This document shows positions 47,057-60,736 of a stretch of DNA of 64,000 nt, piece after piece. The notes under the pieces were generated by a model. It was given only the letters and a program-made list of their open reading frames with translations. It was not told the origin of the DNA and ran no database searches. The translations under genes were made by a program, and so were the position numbers. Every line of letters begins with the position of its first letter. Position 1 is the stretch's first letter. Source of the stretch: Phoronis australis (taxonomy: Eukaryota; Animalia; Phoronida); the NCBI GenBank assembly GCA_002633005.1, contig NMRA01000067.1, forward strand, positions 852,440-916,439. Reading direction: 5' to 3'.

Positions 47057-47847
47057 TAACACCTTGTTTACTAGTTTATCAAAGGCCACGAGAATGACAA
47101 GATACCAATGAATACTAAAAAAATACCAACACCTGCCAATTGTGCCGATTTGGACTTCATATTATGAAAATACACTATTACTGATCCTTTAGTTTTTCCT
47201 CGGAAAATGCATGTCGCCCAACCAAACACCCAAGCACTGGTATGAAGTAGGATAGAATTCTAGCACAACTGATGAGCCGACCACCTTCTGTGGGCAGCTG
47301 GCCAAAAAGATAATTTAGAAAAGAATGAAGGCTTTCGTGAGATTTCATGAAAACTTACATCAAAAAAATTATGGTCATGCTATTAATACAGTTGTATTTT
47401 ATCAGCATACAAAATAACAAATAACAAAAAGCATATGGTCATGCGACTGAGAGAATGAAGGCACAAACACATTTGCTTCGATTCCCAGTTTCAGACTATA
47501 CTTTTATGGTATGACAGATGCTCTTACTTAGACATTTCAAATTGATAAAGAAACTTAAGCACACCCACAAAAAAACTGATATATCACCTGTAAAGTCTAT
47601 TCAATGTTCCTTAGGATGACTCATTAACAACACCTGAAAATTCCATCAAAATCCATTCAGAATTACATTTTGTGTAATACAGCCGAGAGATAGACAAACC
47701 TGGCAAAAACATTACCTCCTTATAGAAAAGGGAAACAAGAATTAAGTTGCAACAACAACCCATGATAATTACGCAGGCGATTACCACGGCATACATCACA
47801 TTTCAAGGGCTATCTAAACTGCGTCTTTGCTTGGACTATTCTATTAA

Positions 47848-48811
47848 ACAGTACACACCATGGATTTTTGCACATTTCGAATTACCGGTGGCCACAGACT
47901 AAATGTATGACGTAAAATTTAGCCAAATCCATGATTATTTTGTGTCATTAGCTCGAAATTTTGATTTCTCTTTCAATTTTACCAATTTTCACATTTCCCG
48001 CCATGTGACATCATGGGTTGAACACAAGAGATCAGCGACTAGCATTGAACAACGGCGGAGAGTAGGGAATTTGAAAGCGACAACGATTATGAGCAAGAAA
48101 TGAACAAATACTATGAAGAAACGTACGATAATGGTGGCCAGGATGACGAAATGGGGTTGCACGAAAGCGAGAACGAGTTTGATATGTTTTCAGCTGCGTA
48201 CTTTTCTACTTTGAGGCCTTACGAACTGGATCCTCCCGCGAGAGAAGCGGCCTCGGGCTCGGCCAGTCAACCCAGTCATCCAACAGACGATCCTGAATAA
48301 AGAGCCGATGTTTCTGAATAGTAAATATTGTCCTTTATTGAACCAGGCCTTCATCGTAACATCTCCTCTGATTGGAGTCGAAACACGACTCCTCAAAGTG
48401 GGCAGAACACAGAGTGGCCCCGGACAGAATCGCTTGGTCCACGCCGAGGTCCCACACTCTCGTTTGGCGCACGAAGCGATGCCACTACTGCGCAACTTTG
48501 GCGTCCCGGGAACACCGAGACGTTCTCCGTCTGACTGCTGTTGCTGCAGCATCCGCAAACACATCTTTTCATCCCTCTACGAACCTTCTCGACGCTAAAT
48601 ATACTTTACTTTCACTTCACTCTATACACTTAGTTGCTGATCCGAACAGTGTGCCGAACGACTTGGGTTCAACTCATGACGTTGTACATAATTATTATTT
48701 TCTTTCAATTTTTACGTGTTTCTTTATGAGCTGTGCACTAAAGGCACTGAAATCAAGTAAGATATAATAATAAAATTTATTTTGAGGTACTAGAGTCATG
48801 TTGGGTACACT
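47848..48811. mobile_element. Internally deleted Kolobok-like DNA transposon
   Basis: TTAA at both sides (47844, 48812), 11/15 TIR match, decayed THAP on minus strand, convergent acidic PYxxDP ORF on plus strand. Confidence 0.7.
48320..48572 (-). pseudogene. Decayed THAP zinc-finger (transposase N-terminus)
   Basis: MKRCVCGCCSN..VSVFP [frameshift] DAKVAQ*WHRFVRQTR...LCSAHFEESCFD...*RTIF matches the THAP C2CH / FP / W / CSxHF / PTIF pattern. Confidence 0.8.
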
Positions 48812-50564
48812 TTAAAGGTGCCTTTTTACCTGTTTAGCTGGCTAATAAAGGAAACTTGCATTTAGGTCCTTTATTCTGAAGAAATCAGTCTCAAAGCTTT
48901 CCTTACCAAATACAGAACGTTCATTTAACATTTTTCTTATAAAAGAATATCCATAAATTAAAGCATTTAGTCTTCTTATTCACCAAAAAAATTCTTTCAA
49001 AATAATACAGCACAAAAACAAGGCAGAGGTATTCTCAAAGTCTGAAAGTGAGTTATTTTTACTCCAAATATCACTGTTCACTGTTCACCTTTCCAAACGT
49101 ATCACTGGATGATTGGTGCACTTTTTCAATTGTGCCAACATATAATTAGGGTTATTTTTTAAATTAAATCAACACATGATATGAATGCTTTTTGAAATGT
49201 AGCGACTGGTGATTAGGGAGGGCCACTTTTTGAAATGTATCAGAAAATAATTAGAGTGCTTTTTCAAATCAAATAAAAAAGAATGAGACCAAATCCTGCT
49301 CAATGGACCCATAGACAACAAACAAACATATCAGTGTAAGAACAGGCTCTATTTTAGCAATTATACTTCACAAACACTTTGATTGTACCCAACAGGTAAA
49401 GCAAACCATACCATAAGATGCAGGATGCAACAAACGCCACAGAGCAAACATATCCATCCATTCGCCTCTTGAACTGCTCATTTGACAATGTGTCAATCAT
49501 TACAAGGCTATTTAGTATCAGTCAGAGTGGATCATTTTAATGTGGCTCACGTCTCAATGACTGAATCTTAATCAACATCTTAATTTATGTTCAATTTGGA
49601 CATCACCATAACAACAACATCATTCCCTAAGCAATATATTTAATGTAGTCTTTTGGGGAATTAAAATAATCAAACTAAATAAGTGGAGCGAAAACAATAT
49701 GTGGTGTAGACTGGGAAGCATAATTTTTGTTACATAATTTGAAATGTAATTTACATCTGCCATACTCTTGCCATGCTTTAGTAAATTCTCCAGTACCTTT
49801 TTCTCGTCCTTACTTTTTTCTACTAATTGCTACGGTTTTCAATATCTCGGGTAGCTTAATGTTAAAAAATTTATGTCCCACTGGGCCACACTGCTAGACC
49901 CTTGAGCCAGGTTTCTAGCTCCTCAGCTCGGTTTTAACTACATAAAAATGGTTCCAGGCGATCAGTGCAATGGGCCCACATGCGTGGCCTGCACACGTCT
50001 GGTACAACACCTACCAGAAACTCCGCAATTACTTCTTTTTTAATGTTCAAAACAGTGTTAGCCAACCTAAGATCTACCTTAACATAAAATTGTTCATAAC
50101 AATGCTTCCCATTTAACCTCATAGATCACTTGTCGGTATTCAGACACGTTATTCACATAACACGAGAAGAAGTAACCATGATGGTTTACCAACCTGATGG
50201 TGACCACAGACAAGCTACGCACCTCGAATGAAAATTATGGTAGAAACTCAGCTATTAGCTCACGTCTGCTGCAAAATGAACTGCGAGGATCTTGCCAGAG
50301 GTAGTGAGGTGAAAGTCTCACTTGCTAGAGTTCATTTACCTGGCTAGCAGCATGCAAGTGAGGTGAGCTAAGTGACAGTCGATTACCTTCAGTAGACAAT
50401 GAAAATTAATTATTGCATTGCATGACAACGACAAATCGGTCATAGGTTCATTCCAACCCTGTGAACAACATTTGCGCTGTTTACTACAACCTAATGCAAC
50501 AGATCAGTCACCATTTTGCTCTGTGAGTGGAAAACCCATATCAAGCAATGAGTTAAGCTTAATA

Positions 50565-51962
50565 CCGTATTCACCGTTATAACCGCCCATGCCCCTATAA
50601 GCGCCCCCACGCGTTTTCAGACTGAAATAAGCACCCAGTCCATGACCGTGTACATGCAAACAATGACGTAACTACAGTCCTAAAACTCGGCTACAGTAAC
50701 GTCTTCAATTTATCAAAAAATTTTTGCACGGGTCTTCAAGACCACCAGCGGCACTGCTAGGTTTGTATTTAGCAGTGACTTTACACTTCAAAGTAACGCA
50801 GCGCTTCAAAAAGAACGCAACAGCGTTGCTACTCTCGCGACGACCGTGTCCCACTATGGTCTGACCTTTCAGCAGACACATCAACTGTCTCATGAATAAA
50901 AATAACTCGGAGTTAAACGCACGTGGCCAGGAAGCGCGCGCTACATACATGAACCTGTCATCAAAGACATTAGTCGGGAACTATCCATTCATGAAACGGG
51001 TAGCATAGCATACATAAGAAATGAATATTGGCACTAATTTCCGACAATTTCTAATACTATAAAACATGTTTGCGTTATTTTTGAGATGGATTGTTTGATT
51101 AACCATAACTGGTGTCTTTAAGCCGAATGTCCGATAAAATGGCAACTGACAGTGAATGCTTACACACCCTTACACCGAAAAATAACTGTCAGATAGTTAC
51201 GTACGCATCCACCTACACGGCGACTAATATGGGCCTTACCGAGACAAATGTCAAAAGTTTTTAGCACGAGACCGGCAAGTGCTGAATGAAACACGCTCTG
51301 GTTTAGGCCTACTACTTGTGCAAATTTCTTTAGACACATCTAGCTAGTTAGATTGCTTGGCTCTGGCCAAAAGACAGTCTCTGCTTTGGCAAATGAACTC
51401 TGGTGACACGCACGCGCTCGCTTACTCGCAGACGAACTTCAAAACAAACGTCACGTGACAACAACATGTGTGTTCGTCTAGACATTTTTCTCACCGTGTT
51501 GCCGCTCATACATGTAGATGGTACGATGTTGCACAGATTTGTACTTAAACGCCGTTAATCCAGACTCCACGGGAACTTAAAAAATCTTAGAGACGCTACT
51601 TATAAAACTTTATGAGGATTTCACTGCTTGAGTCGAAACCATTTTTATTCAAGCATTGAAGTCGCCATATCGAAGACGGCGATTTTGATGCAGTCAGTCG
51701 GCGAATTTTCGCCCTGGGATTTCAGCACAGTTTTCTGTAAAATGATCGTAATTTAGCAGCAAAGTTTGCTAGCAATGCACCACAGCTTTGTTGAAAGTCT
51801 TTCATAGATTACATATACGTCACAGAGCGTAAATTTGATGAATCTTAGCTTCCGATGTCACCCGTTTCGGAGACCGGGTTTCAACTGCCTTGGGTCATAA
51901 TAAGCGCCCCCCCTGAACCGAACTTTTCTAAGCGCCCTGGGCGGTTATTACGGCGAATACGG
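50565..51962 (+). mobile_element. Non-autonomous TIR element (Tc1/mariner-pogo-like CCGTA ends), copy A
   Basis: CCGTATTCACCGTTATAACCGCCC ... GGGCGGTTATTACGGCGAATACGG; highly similar along its length to 61266-62671. Confidence 0.85.
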
Positions 51963-52525
51963 CAGTTCACTTGAGAACGACAGACTCCCCGTGCAGCTCT
52001 CGTCTGCACGTGCCCTTATAACGGTCCACACTAGCGGACACTCGTCCCTACATTTTGATAACTGGCTACATGCATTAATTAATTGCAGTCTTATCATCTT
52101 ATACCAATTCGGGACTGCAGAAACGTGAATGTACCAATAAGTCCTTTAGCTATTACCCGTTAGGTACACAAACTCAAATAAGTAGCTACTGGCTAGCCAG
52201 ACAAGATCATTTTGGCAATGGAATGTCAACGATGTAAAAATTTTAACAATGGTTCATGAGATGCAGTTGAAAAAGTAATTGAGGCGTTAAGTGGAAAAAC
52301 AGCAAAAGGAATTTGTGACATTTTGCAACAAAAAACTCTGGCCAAACGTAATGAAAGAGGAGAAATTGCTACAAATTTATTCCCGTACTAAGTTTGGCCC
52401 AAACATGGTCGTTATATGAAAGCAAAATTATTGTCGCCATGGACTTATGTCACCAAGGCCACTACCAAAAAATCTACGGAAGGGTTTCTATCTGAATGTT
52501 TTAAAAATGTTGGTCTCTCCGTCTC

Positions 52526-54240
52526 CAGGGCTCAACATTAACTTTTTAGGCCAACTTGCCCAAAGGGCAAGTAGTTGAAATTTTTACTTGCCCGAACAAC
52601 AAATTCACTTGCCCCAAGTACAATCCCAAATAGCACCGTGCATGTGCACATCTAGGTTAAATGTGTTACCGTAGGGCTGCCTGTGCTGAGCCTCCTCTTG
52701 TGTTGTGCACGCTATATACCGTACATGAGTTGCTATTTTTTTAATGATTCTTCTTATAGAACATTTATTTATAAGGGGTGTCAAAACACTAGAGAGGCAA
52801 ATTAGAAGAGTAACTATGGTATCTGAACCATTGTCACACGTTCACAGGCGCCGAAATGAGCTAGGACATGAACTCTAGACACTTCTGTGTATTCATTAGT
52901 TTATACGCCCTCATGCATTAAACTTGAGTTGTTGCTAACCTGAATTTCAATTTTTGCTATTCGTAAAAATTTTGCACAGGTAATGTGTTACTGTAGGGTT
53001 GCCTGTGCTGAGCCTCCTCTTGTGTCATGCTAGCTATATACATGAGTTGCCAGTGGCGGATTTAGGGGGAGCCAAGGGGGCCATGGCTCCCCTATAATTC
53101 TACCAGATACCATTTGGGAGTTCGGGTGCGCGCAAGCAGAGGCTCATCGGGAGTGATATACAACGCATAGGCACTAAACAAACCGAACAAACCCCATTTA
53201 CCTTTTTTTTTCTTAGTCAACAGGTCCTCATTCGAGGCCTCTGCGTCCCCACAATTTAGCCTGGGCGCGTGCATCTGCCGAAATTCTGGTTATTACGTGC
53301 CCTGGCTCCCCTAACTCAAAATCCTGGATCCGCCCCTGGTTGCTATTTTTTAACGATTCTGCTCATAGAACATTTATTTATAAGGTGTGTCAAAACACTT
53401 AAGAGAGACAAATTAGAAGAGTAACTATGGCATCTGAACCATTGTCTCGCGTTCACAGGCGCCGAAATCAGCTAGGACATGAACTCTAGACACTTCTGTG
53501 TATTCATTAGTTTATAGGCCTATGCCCTCATGCATTAAACTTGAGTTGTTGCTTAACTTGAATTTGAATTTTTGCTATCCGTAAAACTTGCATAGTTTTG
53601 GTCATCGGTACCTTGTATTAAATTAAAATCAAATTCTAACATATAATAATGCCACATATACTTTTATTTTCAATAAATAATTACATTTTTGAAAAATAGA
53701 AAATCACACGTCATCCCTTGTTTACAGTCTCGCAGGCCAAGAAACATAATTTCCCATGACGGAACCCATCCCCGCACTCTTTTCGTTTCATATTGTTGCT
53801 TTGATTTGTCCTGAACTCGTTTTTTAGCAACTAAACCAATGCTGTCCAGGTGTGGACGGCTTCCTTGTTTGGACGTTTTGCCAGAGTGCAGACGATCAGT
53901 AGTATCACGTGACAACTTATTCAGAAACTGCAGGGCACGTTCGGAGAATCAAAAGGATTTGACCACGGGCGTCACCTGTACACGCTGCATCACACTCGTT
54001 CTATTTTCCTTTCGGTGCTCATTTGAAGACGGGAGTTTCTTTGACGGCCACAGGGGCTTTTTCGACGGTTTTTAGGCTTGTGTCGGGGTTCGCTACTTTG
54101 GAGCAAATGTCGAGCAGACAATCTTAGGATCTACTTGCTTTTTAACTTGCCCATCGGGCAAGTACTTTTCAAATTCCACTTGCCCGACGCAAAATCTACA
54201 TGTATACGGGCAATCGGGCACCAGTTAGTGTTGAGCCCTG
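52526..54240 (+). mobile_element. Non-autonomous hAT-like element with 5-bp TSD, copy 1 (internal duplication + nested MITE)
   Basis: CAGGGCTCAACATTAAC ... GTTAGTGTTGAGCCCTG; flanks GTCTC/GTCTT; TTGCCC sub-terminal motifs. Confidence 0.85.
53051..53338. mobile_element. 288-bp MITE nested in the hAT-like element
   Basis: CAGTGGCGGAT ... ATCCGCCCCTG, GTTGC on both sides; empty site CATGAGTTGCTATTTT present at about 52724. Confidence 0.9.
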
Positions 54241-55565
54241 GTCTTTCTCTCCCTCTCAATATTTCACAGGAAATGATAGGCATTGATTTGGAGAGGGAAG
54301 GGGCAAAGGGAACACCTTTCACTTGATACTGGAAGGGGAGGATACATGAGAAATGTCTTTTGAATCACTTTGAAGTCTATGAGATGTATGAATTTTGGGC
54401 ATACAGGAGGTAGCTATTCCACATAGTAGTTTAAAATTTTGTAGACAGTTGTCCTCCATGCACAATAGGCCTTTCTAAATTGACATGCAAGGTCAGTGAA
54501 AGTAGTTCTTTGTGAACTTTGTTCTTAGTCATATAACTGTGCCTGGAAGAGTTGGTCTGTGTATGTATACAAAGCTTAACAAAGGGTTCAAGGTCAAGGC
54601 TGATGAGATAATTGTCATATTATCCCTTATATGTTTGGAATAGCCAAACCCAGAATGTGATGGTAACATGAACATTGGGGTATGGAAGCGAAACTGTTGG
54701 CGTGGTACCTATGGGAGATTCGTGACAACTGGGATGTGTGTCTTTACATAAGAGTAAGTTTAGCTGGATGTGAGTGGAAATAAGTCCGTGTATAGCTGTC
54801 TTAACTCTTGGAACAGTTGTCACGGTGCGAGTTGTCACGACGCGACTTGCTCCACTTTAGATGCATTTACAGGACATCAGAGGCAAACTGGATGAGCATG
54901 AGTCATTTACACAGTAACTGTCCGCCCATGCTTGCATAAACAGTTATAGCAAACATCCAAACCACCTGGAATACTAGCAAATCACTCGTCTCTATGCTAT
55001 TATGCAAGCGTAACAGAGATTATCCCTTCCAAATTGCCCCAGTTTGTATTTAGACGTGTAATTGAAACTAAAGCAGCTGATTGAGTGTATCTTGCTCTAC
55101 CTCTCAAACTGCTGTCAAAAATGGCCACCGCAGTGTCAACTTGCTCTGTGTCAGTCGTGTTTACACAGTCACACACTTGCGCCCAATCAGCTGTTCCATG
55201 TTAGTTGCTCCGTGACAACTTTCTCCCGTGTAAATGCGACATGGCACAATGCTTGGAATTGCAGATTTGCAAGTTGTGAAAAAAAATTCTCGGAAACCTG
55301 ATTGTGATTCATTGGCATATGTTTTTGTATCATGACAAACTAGTTGTGAGTTGAAAACGTAAAAAGACAGCAGTTAGTAGCTGTAGTTCATCTAATTCCC
55401 ACATCAAATTTAACAGCCATAGAATTGAGTTTTAAAGAGGTTTTCACAAAGAATGCTCACATTTTCTTCATTCCCACTACCAAATATTCCCACGCTTATG
55501 ACTGCAATTTTGTCATTTGGAAATTTATCTGATCAACCAACTCACTCGCTATTTCTATGCCGAGC

Positions 55566-56765
55566 CAGGGCTCAACACTAACGGTTGCCCGATTGCCCGT
55601 GTACATGTAGATTTTGCGTCGGGCAAGTGGAATTTGAAGTTAAAAAGCTAGCCGCATAGGCAAGTAGATCCTAAGATTGTCTGCTCGACATTTGCTCCAA
55701 AGTAACGAACCCCGACACAAGCCTAAAAACCGTCGAAAAAGCCCCTGTGGCCGTCAAAGAAACTCCCGTCTTCGAATGAGCACCGAAAGGAAAATAGAAC
55801 GAGTGTGATGAGCGTGCACAGATGACGCTCGCGGTCAAATCCTTTCGATTCTCTGAACATGCCCTGCAGTTTCTGAATAAGTTGTCACGTGATACTACTG
55901 ATCGTCTGCACTCTGGCAAAACGTCTAAACATGGAAGCCGTCCAAGCCTGGACGGCATTGGTTTAGTTGCTAAAAAACGAGTTCAGGAAGAATCAAAGCA
56001 ATAATATGAAACCAAAAGAGTGCGGGGATGGGTTCCGTCATGGGAAATTAGGTTTTCTGGCCTGCGAGACAGTGAACAAAGGATGACGTTTGATTTTTGC
56101 TGGCGTTTACCCGTGTACAGCTGGTAGCACCGCGTTCGTCAGCGGATGTAAGTCATACAGATAAGCGCAAAAGCTAAGAAGTGAATGATTGACCACATAT
56201 TTTCTACACTACACTGCCTGGTCTATCTATTTTTCAAAAATGTAATTATTTATTGAAAATAAAAGTATATGTGGCATTATTATATGTTAAAATTTGATCT
56301 TAATTTGATACAAGGAACCGATGACCAAAACTGTGCAAAATTTTTACGAATAGCAAAAATTGAAATTCAGGTTAGCAACAACTCAAGTTTAATGCATGAG
56401 GGCGTATAAACTAATGAATACACAGAAGTGTCTAGAGTTCATGTCCTAGCTCATTTCGGCGCCTGTGAACGTGTGACAATGGTTCAGATACCATAGTTAC
56501 TCTTCTAATTTGCCTCTCTAGTGTTTTGACACCCCTTATAAATAAATGTTCTATAAGAAGAATCATTAAAAAAATAGCAACTCATGTACGGTATATAGCG
56601 TGCACAACACAAGAGGAGGCTCAGCACAGGCAGCCCTACGGTAACACATTTAACCTAGATGTGCACATGCACGTTGCTATTTGGTTGTACTTGGGGCAAG
56701 TGAATTTGTTGTTCGGGCAAGTAAAAATTTCTACTAGTGGCTTAAAAAGTTAATGTTGAGCCCTG
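55566..56765 (-). mobile_element. hAT-like element, copy 2 (inverted relative to copy 1)
   Basis: CAGGGCTCAACACTAAC ... GTTAATGTTGAGCCCTG, perfect CGAGC duplication. Confidence 0.88.
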
Positions 56766-57275
56766 CGAGCGGACATGGGGCCCACTCCAAGAAAATTGAC
56801 TTAGCTAAAGGCAAATCTTAAATGCAAGGCGTCAATTTTAAGATAAAGCTTGTTAAATCTGTCATAAGTCCGTTCCAAGAAAGTGATCTTAAGTTTGAAT
56901 TAAGCTTTTGATTAAATTTTGTCTTAAGCTTAACTAATGTAACGTCTGTCCGTTTTCCTAGCAGACTAGCAGACTTGAAAACTTTCTTCACGAGGAGCCA
57001 TAATTGGGGTCTTGTGCCTTTGCTCAGGTGTTTTGTGCAATGGGCCCAACCATGAGACCTGCGCACGTCTGATGCACCGCAAATGACATCAGACCACCTG
57101 CACTGTTTTTTTTTTTTTTAATGTACCGGATGTGGAAGTTTCAAAGTTTGGAGATTGAGACAAATCTTGGACTTCCGTCAAGGTTTGTTTCTTGGAACAG
57201 TTCTTTTTCTCTTCCGTCACTAAGTTTGTAATTCAAATAGTCACATCAAAATGCAAAATTTGATATTGGTATCTA

Positions 57276-59052
57276 CCGTAAACGTTCGGGTTAACGCCCT
57301 GGGCGGTTAAATTGGCAAACCCAAAAAATCGGGGGTGGGCGGTTAACCAGACATGGGCGCTTAAACGTGAAACTCAAAAAAAATCAAGGGTGGGCGGTTA
57401 ACCGAACATGGGCGCTTATTACGACAGGCAAGCGCCCTGGGCGGTTAATCTTACCTCGTGATCTAAGTACCCACACCACACACGTAGTCGTAGGCCTACT
57501 CGGAACGCGTACCACTTTTCAAAGTGCGTTATCGTCACGTCGCCACATGACGGGAAAAATGTCATAACAGCGGATGATCCTAACAAAGGTTATCATGCCC
57601 TCAGATTAGTTATTCACTATTAAATTTACAGAATTGCTGAGTAATAGCCCCGTGCCGTCCTGCGGTCTTGTTATTTAGCCCTGTGGCCTGTAGTGTAGAG
57701 CGCAGACGACCAGTGACCACGCAGCCTCTACTTGGATTGCAACTATTTCATCTTGCTAAAGTGCGCGCGTGCAAGCTTCACGTGTTGCAGAGATAGCAGA
57801 CATCAGATTTATGGTTACAGTCTCGTACTAGCTGCCAAGTTCATAGTCAGAGAGCAGTTTTAAAATTGGTTGTAATAAAAGTTTGAAAACCTTGATTCAG
57901 ATGTTTTTTTGTGTTTGGGATGTTTATAGTCAACACACAGTGACTCAATGACATTTTCAGCGTATGGTTCTGTGGCTTGCTGTTTTATCTCGACTGCCCG
58001 GCATTGCTCACTTGCCGTTGCGCCAAACATGCTCGGCAAAGAAGTAGGCCCAAGACAAGAATCGGGGTTAAGCGGCCGTGTGCCACTCGTCAATCAAGAA
58101 TGAAATTTCAAGCCACGGCATAAATATGTGATAAAACGCTACAAAACAGCGATGTTTCAATTCATAAACGATCACCTTACCAAACTTCGTGGTGGAAAAA
58201 CATTTATTTTTCATGCAAGATGTCCAGAATATCCTATTTATATCACTTGCAATATTGCACTGCGGCACTGTTCGGTCCAGTTGTTAGCGCGCAATGTCTC
58301 AGTCGGCTGACAATCGTGACTTGGAAATGCCGTCAAGTAATATAACGGCCTCTTTCAATATGCATCTCGTTTTTTATGGCCAACGATAGCGGCGGGATTC
58401 AGCACGCGCGTAGGGCCTACGTGCGACTCACCTGTCAATCACATGTTGGTGTCAATGTAACATGCACTCGAAAGTGTGGGAACTTGCGCGCGTGCACCAC
58501 TACAGAGTCACACATCAAAAGAGAATAGCGACAGTTCTAACAGAAACGGGCGTGACTATATACTTTTAACCATTGTCTCATTTCTCTGGCCTGATTTTTT
58601 CGAATATATGTTTTATCAAGTGCACTGCAGACGAAAACTCAGCGCGGCAGACAAAGTCGCTGAAAACATGGGAAGAAAATAAAGTGACAAAAACATTCAA
58701 GTATTATATTTTGAAGTGAGTCCATGACCCAAGACAATAACTCGTTACTTGTATAATTGCAATTCACATTGCTAAACCACCGTCTCCGAGGCCCGGCTTC
58801 GTAGCGCTCATTGTGATCATCGATCTTTTTCAAAAAGTCGGGGAATCGCGCGTTTCCTTAGCACTGGGCGCTAAATCTTCATTCTTTAAAAGTCGGGGGT
58901 GGGCGCTTAACCGAGAGGTGGGCGCTTAACTGGAAATCTTCAGAAATCGCAGGGGAGCGCTTAACCGAGCAATGGGCGGTTAAATCGAAAATCAACCTAA
59001 AGTAGGGGGTGGGCGGTTAACTGAGCATGGGCGTTAACCCGAACGTTTACGG
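57276..59052. mobile_element. Non-autonomous Tc1/mariner-pogo-like element
   Basis: Perfect 24-bp TIR CCGTAAACGTTCGGGTTAACGCCC, TA on both sides, multiple sub-terminal GGGCG(G/C)TTAA motifs. Confidence 0.88.
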
Positions 59053-60251
59053 TATGTACGCTGATCGCATAATATTGCAATTAAGTAGCAGATATATCAG
59101 AAAATTTCTGGTTCATAAGTAATAAGTGTTTGATTTTGCAGAAAACATAAAGCTTCTGCTGGAAGCTGGGTTTCAAATACAGGTGTTGCAATATAGAAAA
59201 CGGGGGAGTAAGTCTGCAATATTCTGCAATAATGTGACATGGCCTTGGAGCAACAATTGACAAAAGCAATTTTCCATGACCTACTACAATTAATAAATGC
59301 ATCCCTTTAACAGAGGCCGGGTGCGACTCCAGCACATCTGAAAGTAATAAATACGACTTTGACAAAACGTAGGTGAGTATTATCGTAGCAGCAAAATTTG
59401 ATACCTGTATCTACGTATGGTGAACATGCGATTTTGCAATTAAGTATCTCAAAATACTACAAAATTTGATGCTAGTCCCCATATCAAGCCCTTTCACACT
59501 AAAGCCGATGTGTCGATGTTTTGGGGGAGTTGCGGTCAGTATGAACGGATAACTTCAGTCCTGGATCGAAGTTAACAGCTCCAGTTAACTTTGCAGTAAA
59601 CAGGTGGACTCAACAGACGGATCATTGACGCTGCGGTGCTGTATGAACGGTCAACTTCAGTGTTATCGAAGTTATCACCAGGGACCGCTGGTATTAACAA
59701 TAATTAAAGGGTGAGTGTTATCACTAAGGGTAAATGCTTAAGATATTTTGCTTGAATAATACCAATCGAATTAAAAATAAGTTTTATGTCAATTAGCACA
59801 CATAAATTTTCCCAAATTGTCCCATTAAAAAAATCTTAGCGTGCACGGGATGCATCAGCGTTAGCTTGCGATTATTTCAATGACGACAGCGTCACATACC
59901 GTTTACGTCTATGCCGCTAACTCACCGAAGCTGGTTTGAACAATTCAATTAACTTCGCTGAGTGAATTTACCTCAACACTCTGCTCATACCGCAGTTACC
60001 ATGGTAAGTTAGTAGGAAAAGGCCTATAGAGTGAGCGGGCAATTTTGTGGTTAAGCAAACGACTTAACTACAAACTATGATGTCTGTCTCTATTATAGGA
60101 TGAACATGAGATTTTACAATCAAATAAAGGACATAACCTCGAAAGTCGAGTGATTTTGCAGTTAACATTAATAGCATTAAAACTTGATGTCTGTTCTTAT
60201 GTAAAGTAAGTAAATGATTTTGCAATTGAGTATATGACACAGCTGCAAAAC

Positions 60252-60342
60252 TTTGGTTCGGTATCTATATAGGATGCGCACTATTTTGGTTCGGTATCTA
60301 TATAGGGCGGGCACCATTTTGGTTCGGTATCTATATAGGGCA
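60252..60342. repeat. 33-34-bp tandem repeat, 3 copies
   Basis: TTTGGTTCGGTATCTATATAGG repeated. Confidence 0.8.
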
Positions 60343-60736
60343 TGTGCACAATTTTGCAATTAATGACACGAGGCAAAAAAAGCGTAATTGGTTCTGATCT
60401 CTGTTTTTATAACTGCGAAATGTGATATCGGTATCTATATTGCATGTGCGCCCACTTTTGCAATTCACAAAATCGTGGAAGTGCAATTTTTTTAAGAATA
60501 ATAATATTCAACTAAGAAAGTTGGACAAAATTTACTGCAAAATTGACAATGCCTCTTCAGAGGTAGATAACTACCATTTTCACAGCTATGTCTTCTAGAT
60601 CCTGAACATTCAAAACACCAGTAATCTCTTGTAGAAAGCACAGCACTGCATTAACAATTGACCTTTCATAAAATGGGCCCAAGGGCTTAGACTCGGGAAT
60701 AAATTAGCAAGCCTATCAGCTACAAAAGCTAATCAA

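Noticed and set aside
54620-54838. 72-aa minus ORF, and similarly 63757-63990
   Set aside because: No recognisable motif or convincing splice sites
53670-56004. Paired 60-95 aa ORFs (…LPCLDVLPECRRSVVSRD…)
   Set aside because: Chance frames within two copies of the same non-autonomous element; no transposase motifs
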